From positions 1-39,070 of the forward strand of contig CAYHQJ010000003.1 of the NCBI GenBank assembly GCA_964358595.1: 39,070 nucleotides of DNA. Reading direction: 5' to 3'. The first letter of the stretch is position 1. Every line of letters begins with the position of its first letter. The translations under genes were made by a program, and so were the position numbers. Origin of the DNA: an uncultured Gemmatimonadales bacterium. GTDB taxonomy: Bacteria > Gemmatimonadota > Gemmatimonadetes > Gemmatimonadales > JACORV01. The notes beneath the pieces are model-generated. The model was not told the origin of the DNA. It was given only the letters and a program-made list of their open reading frames with translations, and did not search any database. Positions 8,755 through 16,712 of this stretch are shown here, in pieces.

Positions 8755-9289
8755 CGCTCTCCTGCAGCAGCTCGCGCAGGCGCTCGCACGCCCGCTTGAC
8801 CCGCATCTTCAGCGCCGACACGCCGGCGCCGGTGATCTCCGCCATCTCCCCGTAGTCCAGCTCCTCGACGTGCTTGAGGAGAAACGCCTCGCGCTGCTCG
8901 GGCGCCAGCCGCGCGAGCGCCACGGCAATCTCTTCGCGCCAGGCGCTGCGGTCCTCGGGGTGCGCCACCGCGGCCATGCCGACCGCCCCATCGTCCAGCA
9001 GGACGAGCCGCTCGCGCCGGGATCGGCTGGCCCGGGCGGTGCGGCAGCGGTTCGCCAGGATGCGCAGCAGCCACGCCCCGAACCGGTCCGGCTGCCGGCA
9101 CCGCGGCAGCGCCCGGTAGGCCCGGACGAATGCCTCCTGCACCACCTCCTCCGCGTCGGACGCGTCGCCGAGCATGTGCACGGCGAAGCGCGCGCACCGC
9201 GGCCGGTACCGTTCCACCAGCGCCCCGTACGCCTCGACCTCTCCGGCCAGCACCCGCCGGACCAGTTCGGCGTCGTCTGGCGCCGTCAC
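8738..9289 (-). CDS. ECF (group IV) sigma-70 family RNA polymerase sigma factor
   Basis: Region 2 (EEVVQEAFVRAYRAL...FGAWLLRILANRC) and region 4 helix-turn-helix (LDYGEMAEITGAGVSALKMRVKRACERLRELL). 183 aa, GTG start. Confidence 0.9.
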   Translation of the reverse strand: MTAPDDAELVRRVLAGEVEAYGALVERYRPRCARFAVHMLGDASDAEEVVQEAFVRAYRALPRCRQPDRFGAWLLRILANRCRTARASRSRRERLVLLDDGAVGMAAVAHPEDRSAWREEIAVALARLAPEQREAFLLKHVEELDYGEMAEITGAGVSALKMRVKRACERLRELLQESDVRGS

Positions 9290-9484
9290 GTGTGGATGAC
9301 CCCCGGCAGGGGCGTTGCGTCACGAGACCTGCCACGCCGAGCCATGACGGGAAGCTACGGCAGCCTCGGCCGGCCGCCACCCTCGGGGGTAGTGGGCCAC
9401 CAACCTGCACCGCTGCTCCCTCGGGCGGCGTGCCGGGGTCGGGCCAGCCGTTATCTTCTGGGACGCAAGGAGGAGAACCGTGCG

Positions 9485-9958
9485 ATGATGTCGCCCAACG
9501 ACGCGACCCGAGAGGCCTCCAGCCGCCGCGTGACCGTGCGCTGCCAGTTCTGCGATAAGCTCAACCGGGTGGACCTGGCCCGCCTCCCCGACACCCAGCC
9601 CCGCTGCGGCGAGTGCCAGCGGCCCATTCTGCTGGACAGGCCCGTTCCGGTGACCGATGCCGAGTTCGACCGGGTGATTCAGGAGGCCGAGGTACCGGTA
9701 GTCGTGGATTTCTACGCCGACTGGTGCGGGCCCTGCAAGGTGATGGCGCCGATCTTCGACGAGCTGGCGCACGAGCGCATGGGTCACGTGCTCGTGGCGA
9801 AGCTGGACACCGACCGGAACCAGGCCACCACCATGCGGTTCGCCGTCCGCGGCATCCCCACGCTCATCCTGTTCCGCGGCGGGACCGAGGTGGCGAGGCA
9901 GGTAGGGGCGGTGCCGAAGGCGGCGCTGGAGGAGCTGCTGGATCGGGCAGGTCCATGA
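9485..9958 (+). CDS. trxC: Thioredoxin with N-terminal zinc-finger extension (thioredoxin 2 type)
   Basis: Two CxxC pairs (CQFCDK...CGECQR) followed by a thioredoxin fold with WCGPC. A strong Shine-Dalgarno AAGGAGGAG ends 9 nt before the ATG at 9485. The 544-aa track ORF is an upstream in-frame read-through. Confidence 0.9.
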   Translation: MMSPNDATREASSRRVTVRCQFCDKLNRVDLARLPDTQPRCGECQRPILLDRPVPVTDAEFDRVIQEAEVPVVVDFYADWCGPCKVMAPIFDELAHERMGHVLVAKLDTDRNQATTMRFAVRGIPTLILFRGGTEVARQVGAVPKAALEELLDRAGP

Positions 9959-10677
9959 GAGCGAGGTTCCTGTGGCGCGCGTTGCGGGCTCGATTCCGGG
10001 ACCAGCGCGCCGAGCTGCGCGCGATCCTGCGTGCCCTGACGCGGGGCGACACCGCGATTGACGTGGGAGCGAACAAGGGCAGCTACACCTACTGGCTGAG
10101 TCGCGCGGTGGGGACTGGGCGCGTGGTGGCGTTTGAGCCCCAGGAGGAGCTCGCCGCCTATCTCCGCCGCGCGGCGCGAGCGCTGGGCCTCCACAACGTC
10201 GTAGTCGAACCACGCGGCGTCTCGAGCTGCACAGGAACGCTGGTCCTCCACGTCCCCGGATCAGCCTCCTCGCCGGGAGCCTCGTTCGAGCGGGCCGTCG
10301 CCGCGCGGGAGCGGTGCCGGCAGGTGCAGGTTCCGGTGGTTGCGCTGGATGAGTATTTCCCGAAGGACGAGCGCATCGGCGTGATAAAGGTGGACGTGGA
10401 AGGACACGAGCTGGAGGTTTTCAAGGGAGCGGACCGGATTCTCCGTCGGCGGGGCCCGCTCCTGGTCTTCGAGTGCGAGCAGCGGCATATGTCGGACGGA
10501 TCCGTGCGCGACGTGCTGGATCACCTCCACGCCCTCGGCTACGACGGCGACTTCGTCCACCGCGGCCGGCTGGTGCCGATCCGCGAGTTCCAGCCCAGCC
10601 TCCACCAGCGGGTGGGACCCGGCCCGTTCCGAAGGAACCGGGACTACAGCAACAACTTCATCCTTCGACGCAACTGA
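9955..10677 (+). CDS. FkbM-family SAM-dependent methyltransferase
   Basis: IDVGANKGSYT glycine-rich SAM motif and IKVDVEGHELEVFKGA motif typical of the FkbM family. The ATG overlaps the thioredoxin stop (ATGA at 9955-9958). Confidence 0.8.
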   Translation: MRARFLWRALRARFRDQRAELRAILRALTRGDTAIDVGANKGSYTYWLSRAVGTGRVVAFEPQEELAAYLRRAARALGLHNVVVEPRGVSSCTGTLVLHVPGSASSPGASFERAVAARERCRQVQVPVVALDEYFPKDERIGVIKVDVEGHELEVFKGADRILRRRGPLLVFECEQRHMSDGSVRDVLDHLHALGYDGDFVHRGRLVPIREFQPSLHQRVGPGPFRRNRDYSNNFILRRN

Positions 10678-10704
10678 TCGCGTCGTGAGCCGCAGCGCTC
10701 CCGC

Positions 10705-11247
10705 TCATGCGTCGAGCTGTGCCCTGCCCTCGGCTAGGGCCAGGTCGTAGCAGCGCTCGAGCGCGGCGTTGACCCCGCGGCAGCCCCCCACGACGGCCTC
10801 GGTCCAGTCCAGGTACTCGCGCCGCCGCTCGAGCGGCCAGTCGGCCGGCGGCGCGTGCGTGACGTCGCGTACGTTGCAGATCTTGTCGCCCAGCTTGATC
10901 AGCTTCGCGCGGTGGGACTTGTGCTGCGCGCGCTCGACCTGGAGCCGCTTGCGCTCGGCCTTGGGGAGGCGCTTGTCGTCCGTCATCTCCTCGACGAGCA
11001 CCCGCACGTCACGGCCGAAGGCCTGCTCCAGCTGGGGCGCGGCCGTCTCGGTGTCCTCGATCGTGTCGTGCAGCACCGCGGCGACGAGCACGGTGATGTC
11101 GGTGACGCCGCCGACCGAAGCGAGCAGGTGCGCCACTTCGATCGGGTGGTTGATGTAGGGCGAGGCCTCGCGGTCCTTGCGACGCTGGTCGCGGTGTTTC
11201 TGCGCCGAGAACGCGAGGGCGCGCAGCAGCTGGGCGGTGTCGCTCAT
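10705..11247 (-). CDS. HD-domain (p)ppGpp hydrolase-like protein (small alarmone hydrolase, Mesh1/SpoT-hydrolase type)
   Basis: 180 aa stand-alone HD domain with HRDQRRKD...[10 protein letters not shown] and LHDTIEDT motifs, as in RelA/SpoT hydrolase domains. Start set at MSDTAQ; the longer ORF has no support. Confidence 0.75.
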   Translation of the reverse strand: MSDTAQLLRALAFSAQKHRDQRRKDREASPYINHPIEVAHLLASVGGVTDITVLVAAVLHDTIEDTETAAPQLEQAFGRDVRVLVEEMTDDKRLPKAERKRLQVERAQHKSHRAKLIKLGDKICNVRDVTHAPPADWPLERRREYLDWTEAVVGGCRGVNAALERCYDLALAEGRAQLDA

Positions 11248-11277
11248 GGCATGAGAGCTAACGGCCGCGCGCCCTCG

Positions 11278-11304
11278 TTGACAAGGCGAAACGTCCCGTA
11301 CATC
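11278..11304 (+). promoter_or_regulatory. Candidate sigma-70-type promoter for the AKR-ALDH operon
   Basis: Perfect -35 hexamer TTGACA at 11278-11283, rare in this GC-rich context. Weak -10 candidates are TACATC (15-nt spacer) or CATCGT (17-nt spacer). AGGAGG lies in the predicted leader before the GTG at 11351. Confidence 0.35.
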
Positions 11305-11350
11305 GTGCGGGCTCGCGGGCGAGGAGCCCGCCAGGAGGACGTACCCGGCC

Positions 11351-12229
11351 GTGCAGTTGCGCGCTCTTGGTCCCGGGGCACCCGCCGTCTCCGCCGTCAG
11401 CTTCGGCGGCATGCCGCTCTCGATCCAGGGTCGTCCCGACGACGAGGCGGCCGCGGTCCGCGTCGTCCACGCCGCGCTCGAGGCGGGCATGACGCTGATC
11501 GACACCGCCGACGTCTACTGCCTCGACGACGCCGACCTCGGCCACAACGAGCGGCTGATCGCCACGGCGCTGCGCTCCTGGACGGGCAGGAAGGGCGGCG
11601 TGATGGTGGCGACGAAGGCCGGGCTCACCCGCCCGGGCGGGGGGTGGGAGCGCGACGCACGGCCCGGGAGCCTCAAGCGGGCGTGCGACCGCTCGCTCGC
11701 GGCGCTCGGCGTCGAGCGGATCGACCTCTACCAGCTGCACGCGCCGGACCCGCGGGTGCCGTTCGCCGAGAGCGTGGGAGCGCTCGCCGACCTGCAGCGC
11801 TCCGGCAAGATCCGGTGGATCGGGCTGTCCAACGTGTCGGTGCGGGAGATCGATGAGGCCCGCACGCAGGTCACGGTGGTCACCGTGCAGAACCGGCTCA
11901 ACCCGTTCTTCCGCGAAGCGATCGACGCGGGGGTGGTCGCGCACTGTGCGGAGCACGGCATCGGGTTCCTGGCCTACAGCCCCGTGGGCGGCGGGCGGCT
12001 GAACCGCAAGCTCCCCGCGCATCCCACGCTCCAGCCGATTGCCGCGCGCCACGGCGTCTCGCCGCACGCGGTGGTGCTCGCGTGGGTGCTGGCGCAGGCG
12101 CCGGCCGTGATCGTGATCCCGGGCGCGCGCACGGTGGAGCACGCCCGCGACTCCGCGACTGCCGGCGGCGTCGTGCTGAGCGCGGACGAGCTCGTCGCCA
12201 TCGACCGCGCCGAGTTCTCCCGTGCCTGA
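11351..12229 (+). CDS. Aldo/keto reductase family oxidoreductase
   Basis: N-terminus [32 protein letters not shown] and IGLSN motifs of the AKR superfamily. GTG start. Confidence 0.88.
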   Translation: MQLRALGPGAPAVSAVSFGGMPLSIQGRPDDEAAAVRVVHAALEAGMTLIDTADVYCLDDADLGHNERLIATALRSWTGRKGGVMVATKAGLTRPGGGWERDARPGSLKRACDRSLAALGVERIDLYQLHAPDPRVPFAESVGALADLQRSGKIRWIGLSNVSVREIDEARTQVTVVTVQNRLNPFFREAIDAGVVAHCAEHGIGFLAYSPVGGGRLNRKLPAHPTLQPIAARHGVSPHAVVLAWVLAQAPAVIVIPGARTVEHARDSATAGGVVLSADELVAIDRAEFSRA

Positions 12230-12239
12230 GCGACCGCCC

Positions 12240-12707
12240 ATGCGCTGCACGGGACTGTTCGTCCTGCTCGTCGCCGCCACAGGGTGTTCCGGCGGGAAGT
12301 GGCGCGCGGTGGATGCCCGCCTCCTGTCCGCGTCGCAGGATGCGCGCCGCGCCGGGTTCCTGCCGCTGAGTGGGCCGTACAACACCTTCGGCAGCTACCG
12401 CGACGTCTTGGACCACACGTGGCGCGTGAGCCTCGACGCGCGCACCCCCTACGTCGTGGCGGCGGCGTGCACCAACGGCTGCGACTCCCTCGCCATTCGG
12501 ATCGCGGCCCCGGGCGGCTCGCCGGTGACCGGCGCGCGCGCAGCAGGGGCCTGGCCGGTCGTCGCCTTCACCGCCGCCGACTCCGGGGCCTACGCGGTGT
12601 CGTTCCGCGGCCGCTGCGCCGCGCCGCGCTGCTGGTGGGTCGCGCAGGTCTACGCGCGCGGCGGAGCGGGCACGCTCAGGCCCGGCTTCGCCGGCGGCCG
12701 GCGATGA
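12240..12707 (+). CDS. Cys-rich lipoprotein, hypothetical
   Basis: Lipobox VAATGC after MRCTGLFVLL, with several further Cys residues. No recognisable domain. GC3-rich codon usage. An alternative GTG start at 12222 is possible. The stop overlaps the ALDH ATG. Confidence 0.55.
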   Translation: MRCTGLFVLLVAATGCSGGKWRAVDARLLSASQDARRAGFLPLSGPYNTFGSYRDVLDHTWRVSLDARTPYVVAAACTNGCDSLAIRIAAPGGSPVTGARAAGAWPVVAFTAADSGAYAVSFRGRCAAPRCWWVAQVYARGGAGTLRPGFAGGRR

Positions 12708-14137
12708 CGGCACCCCTCCCGCAACCGGCCACGAGCGAGATCGCGCGGCTGTTCGAGCGCCAGCGCGCGCACGCGCCGCACATGGCCCGCACGAGCGCGG
12801 CCGAGCGGCGCGAGCGCCTCGGCCGTCTCAGCCGCGCGATCAAGTCGCGGCGCGCCGCGATCGCCGCGGCGATGCACGCCGACTTCCGCAAGCCCGCGTG
12901 GGAGTCCGAGTTCACCGAGATCCACATGGCCCTCGCGGAGCTCAACCTCGCGATGCGCCGCGTGGGCCGGTGGATGAAACCGGAGCGCGTCGGCACGCCG
13001 CTGCTGTTGTTCGGCACCTCGAGCCGCGTCGTCTACGAGCCACGCGGCGTGGTGCTGATCATGGGCCCGTCGAACTACCCCTTCAGCCTGATCGTGAACC
13101 CCCTCATCGCCGCGATCGCCGCCGGCAACTGCGCGATCCTGAAGCCCTCGGAGAAAACGCCCAACACGTCGCGCCTGCTGAAGGAGCTGGTCGCCGCGAC
13201 GTTCGACGAGACGGAAGTCGCGCTCGTCGAGGGCGGGCCGGAGGTCGGCGCCGCGCTCCTCGACTTTCCGTTCGACCACATCTTCTTCACGGGCAGCGCG
13301 CAGATCGGCCGCATCGTCATGGCCGCCGCGGCGCGCCACCTCGCCTCGCTCACGCTGGAGCTGGGCGGGAAGTCGCCGGCGGTGGTGGACGCCACGGCCG
13401 ACATCGAGGCCGCCGCGCAGCGGATCGTGTGGGGGAAGTTCGTCAATGCCGGCCAGACCTGCATCGCGCCGGACTACGTGTACGTGCACGAGTCGCGGGC
13501 GCCCGCATTCCTTGCGGCAGCGCGCGCGGCGCTCGAGCGGCTCTACGGCGGCACGGAAGAGGAGCGGGCGGCGACCCCCGACTTCGCCCGGATCGTGGAC
13601 GAGTCCCACGTCCTGCGCCTCAAGGACCAGGTCGAGCGCAGCGTCGCCGCGGGGGCGCGCGTCGAGGTCGGCGGCCGGTTCGACGCCGAAACGCGCTACG
13701 TGGCGCCCACGATCGTCTCGGGCGTGACGACCGACGCGCCGCTGATGCAGTGCGAGATCTTCGGGCCGGTGTTGCCGGTGCTCGCCTACCGCGAGCTCGA
13801 CGAGGTGGTGGCGTTCGTCCGTCGCTGCGGCAAACCCCTCGCCATGTACATCTTCACGCGTGACGACCGCGTGACACGGGAGCTGCTCGCGCGCACGTCG
13901 GCCGGCTCGACGGCGATCAACACCACGCTGCTCCAGTACGCCAACCCCGGCCTCCCGTTCGGCGGGGTGGGGGCGAGCGGGCTCGGCGCCTACCACGGGT
14001 TCCACGGATTCCGCGCCTTCTCGCACGCGCGGTCATTGCTGCGCCAGCGCGAGCCGGCGCTCGTGCGGCTCTTCTTCCCGCCCTACCGCGGGCGGCTCCA
14101 CGAGCTGGCCCGCCGGGTGCTGCGGCTGCTCGAGTAG
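12704..14137 (+). CDS. Aldehyde dehydrogenase (class 3-like, NAD(P)+)
   Basis: ELGGKSP and catalytic-Cys motif GQTCIAPDYVYV. 477 aa from MTAPLPQP. The 140 upstream codons of the track ORF overlap the lipoprotein gene and are rejected. Confidence 0.9.
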   Translation: MTAPLPQPATSEIARLFERQRAHAPHMARTSAAERRERLGRLSRAIKSRRAAIAAAMHADFRKPAWESEFTEIHMALAELNLAMRRVGRWMKPERVGTPLLLFGTSSRVVYEPRGVVLIMGPSNYPFSLIVNPLIAAIAAGNCAILKPSEKTPNTSRLLKELVAATFDETEVALVEGGPEVGAALLDFPFDHIFFTGSAQIGRIVMAAAARHLASLTLELGGKSPAVVDATADIEAAAQRIVWGKFVNAGQTCIAPDYVYVHESRAPAFLAAARAALERLYGGTEEERAATPDFARIVDESHVLRLKDQVERSVAAGARVEVGGRFDAETRYVAPTIVSGVTTDAPLMQCEIFGPVLPVLAYRELDEVVAFVRRCGKPLAMYIFTRDDRVTRELLARTSAGSTAINTTLLQYANPGLPFGGVGASGLGAYHGFHGFRAFSHARSLLRQREPALVRLFFPPYRGRLHELARRVLRLLE

Positions 14138-14151
14138 CGCCGGGAGGCGCC

Positions 14152-15390
14152 ATGCCCAAGTTCACCCCCGACCGCTTCCCGCCCGGCTTCTTCGACCTGC
14201 CGACCGATGCCGGCGAGAAGCTCCCGGTCGCCGTCATCGAGCAGTGGACGACGAGCACGCAGGACCGCGACGCGGCACTCCGCATCCTCGAGCCGCACAC
14301 GCTCCACGGCACCGTCGTCTCGTCCGATTCGGCGGGCCTGACGAAGCTGTCGCGCGCGCGGCCGCTGGTCGAGATTCTCGCGCTCGTGAGCCGCCCCAAG
14401 GAGCTGATCCACGCCTTCGGGCGCGCGATCGGCGGCCGCGCCGTCGGCGTGTGGGCGGCCGACAACACGCAGATGTTCTACGCCGGCGACGTCACGGCCG
14501 CGCGCGTGGTCGAGATGCTGCGCGGCGTGCAGGAGCGGATGGCCGAAGAGCGGACGATCGGGATCGGCCTGTGCGCGCACAAGGGCGCGTTTTTCGAGCT
14601 GTCGGGCGGACTTTACGGCCCCGACGCCGACCGGGTCGAGACCATCGCCGAGCAGCACACCGAAGGCGGCGAGCTGGTCATCACCGACACGCTCGCGCGG
14701 GATCTGCCGTCCGCGCACCGCTTCGCGCTCCGCGTGCGCGAGGACCTGGCCCCGGAGTTCGGCGAGCTGTTCCGCGTGACCGGCGGCCCGGCGCTTACCG
14801 GGCTCGAGGCGACGGACACCAAGTACCCGGTGCCGTTCAGCGAGGACTTTTACGCGGAGCTGCGGGCCTACACCGAGGGCGGGAGCCGGGCCGAGATGCC
14901 GCGGCCCGAGTACGTGGAATGCACCGTCGTGCTGGTCGAGCGCGAGCGCGACGTGCCCGACGTCCCCGAGGTCGCGGTCTTGAATGACCTCGCGCTCACC
15001 GCCGCGACCAAGCGCATCGGCAGGGCGCTGCTCAAGGAGCACGACGGCAGCGAGATCAAGAACAGCGGGGTGATCGGGATCTACACCTTCCCGGACCCGC
15101 GCGAGGCGGTCCGGTTCGCGCAGGACTTCCGGCAGGCGTTCGCCGAGCAGGGCGTGACGACGCGGATCGGAATCGACGTCGGGCCGGTGCTGATCTTCGA
15201 CCTCGGCGGCGGGAGCCGCGACATCGCGGGCTCGCCGATCAACGTCGCCTCAAAGCTGGCGCAGGACTGCGGCGAGTTCGGGAAGATCTACCTCAGCGAC
15301 GAGGCGACCCGCCGCGCGCGGATGGAGCGGCAGAGCCGCACCGTCACCTTCGAGGTGTCGGGCGTCACGCTGACCGCGCGGCACCTCTAG
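14152..15390 (+). CDS. Tandem class III nucleotidyl-cyclase homology domain protein (two CHD-like halves in one chain, no sensor domain)
   Basis: N-half: VVSSDSAGLT (FxDxxGFT-like), VWAADNTQMFY (GD-like), IGIGLCAHKG...GGLYGPDADRVETIAEQ. C-half: IKNSGVIGIYTF, RIGIDVGPVLIFDLGGGSRDIAGSPINVASKLAQ (RIGIHxG...VNxAxR-like). GGGAGG lies 6 nt before the ATG, and the gene starts 14 nt after the ALDH stop. Confidence 0.6.
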   Translation: MPKFTPDRFPPGFFDLPTDAGEKLPVAVIEQWTTSTQDRDAALRILEPHTLHGTVVSSDSAGLTKLSRARPLVEILALVSRPKELIHAFGRAIGGRAVGVWAADNTQMFYAGDVTAARVVEMLRGVQERMAEERTIGIGLCAHKGAFFELSGGLYGPDADRVETIAEQHTEGGELVITDTLARDLPSAHRFALRVREDLAPEFGELFRVTGGPALTGLEATDTKYPVPFSEDFYAELRAYTEGGSRAEMPRPEYVECTVVLVERERDVPDVPEVAVLNDLALTAATKRIGRALLKEHDGSEIKNSGVIGIYTFPDPREAVRFAQDFRQAFAEQGVTTRIGIDVGPVLIFDLGGGSRDIAGSPINVASKLAQDCGEFGKIYLSDEATRRARMERQSRTVTFEVSGVTLTARHL

Positions 15391-15410
15391 CGCCGGTGCC
15401 GGAACGGCCG

Positions 15411-16712
15411 TCAGAATGACGTGAACAACCGGCGATCCACCTTGGAGCTGTCGCCGATCACCACGAAGCGCATGTTGCGCAGATAGCGGCGCGCGACCCG
15501 CTGCACGTCGGCCGAGGTCACGGCGCGCACGCGGTCCGGGTAGGACCCGGCGCGACGCCACCCGCCGCCGACCAGCTCGTACACCCCGAGGGTCGCAGCC
15601 TGGTCCATGTTCGCCTCCTGCCCCATCTGGTAAGCCGTCAGGAACTCGTTGACGGTCTCCGCCAGCCGGTTGGGCGAGATCGGCTCAGCCGCGAGCCGCT
15701 CGACCTCGTGGCGCATCACCTTGAGCGTCGTGTCCGGCTCGACCGCGGTCACGTAGAGGAACCCGGCGTTCACGCGGTTGCCGATCAGGCCGGCGCCGAC
15801 CGCGTAGCTCAGGTTGCGCTTGGTGCGCACCTCCTCGAAGAGACGGTCCGACAGGATGTTGATGCCCACGCGCACCGCCGCATAGTCGCCGTCCGCCCGA
15901 CCCGGCGCGACGAACATGCCCTGGACGTAGTTGGTCGGCAGCTGCCGGGGCACGACCATCACATCCGCGGGCCGCGCGGAGTACGGGCCAGGCCGACGGG
16001 CGGCGCCGCCGCGCTCCGGCAGCGTGCCGAACGCCGCGGCGACCCGGGCCTCGATGTCCGCGCGCTCGACGTTTCCGACTACGACGAGCACCAGGTTCTC
16101 CTTCGTGAACCGCTCGCGGTGCCACTGGAGGAGATCGTCGCGGGTGAGGGCGCCGATTGCGGCCTCCGTGCCCTCCGGCTCCAGCGCGTACGAATGGCCG
16201 GCGTAGAAGACGCTGTCGGCCAGATGGTCGAGCTGCGCGTCCGGGTCGTCCGCGCGCTGACGCAGGCCGTTGAGCAGCTGGTCGCGCACCAGCGCGAGCT
16301 GGTCGTCGGGGAAGGTCGGGTGGAGCGCCGCCTGCGTGAACAGGTCCCAGGCGTCGTTCCAATAGTCGCGCACGGCCCGCAGCGTGAAGACCGTGAAGTC
16401 GTGCCCGGCCGCCGCGCCGATCACGGTCCCGGTCCGCGCGGCGAGCGCCGCGAACGCATCCTGCGAGTACCGCTCCGTGCCGTGCCGCGCCAGCTCGCCG
16501 ACGAACCGCTCGATGCCGGCACGCTGCGGCGTCAGATTGGCGCTGCCGCCCCGCAGGTACAACCGGACCGCGATGACCTCGTTGGCGGGCACCGGCTTGA
16601 AGATCACGCGGACGCCCGCGGCGGTGAACTCCGTCACCGCGGACTGCTGCGCCTCGGGCGGGCGCGCGACGGCCAGCAGCGCCGCGGAGAGGACCAGCGC
16701 GCGGGCCGTCAT
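15411..16712 (-). CDS. M16-family peptidase, non-catalytic (no HxxEH) partner subunit, secreted
   Basis: Insulinase-like fold motifs but no HxxEH. Signal peptide MTARALVLSAALLAVARPPEAQ. The ATG overlaps the stop of the upstream M16 gene (ATGA at 16709-16712). Confidence 0.85.
   Translation of the reverse strand: MTARALVLSAALLAVARPPEAQQSAVTEFTAAGVRVIFKPVPANEVIAVRLYLRGGSANLTPQRAGIERFVGELARHGTERYSQDAFAALAARTGTVIGAAAGHDFTVFTLRAVRDYWNDAWDLFTQAALHPTFPDDQLALVRDQLLNGLRQRADDPDAQLDHLADSVFYAGHSYALEPEGTEAAIGALTRDDLLQWHRERFTKENLVLVVVGNVERADIEARVAAAFGTLPERGGAARRPGPYSARPADVMVVPRQLPTNYVQGMFVAPGRADGDYAAVRVGINILSDRLFEEVRTKRNLSYAVGAGLIGNRVNAGFLYVTAVEPDTTLKVMRHEVERLAAEPISPNRLAETVNEFLTAYQMGQEANMDQAATLGVYELVGGGWRRAGSYPDRVRAVTSADVQRVARRYLRNMRFVVIGDSSKVDRRLFTSF

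Noticed and set aside
8324-9484. 387-codon N-terminal extension of the thioredoxin ORF, including an in-frame ATG at 9344
   Set aside because: The extension runs antisense through the sigma/anti-sigma genes. The ATG at 9485 has a strong AAGGAGGAG Shine-Dalgarno and gives a normal TrxC-length protein.
9290-9484. ECF-type autoregulated promoter (GCAAC-N16-GTCAT-like) just upstream of the sigma GTG
   Set aside because: The match to GGAAC/CGTC-type ECF promoters is weak, and it would put the TSS practically on the start codon. It cannot be supported without knowing the target motif of the ECF group.
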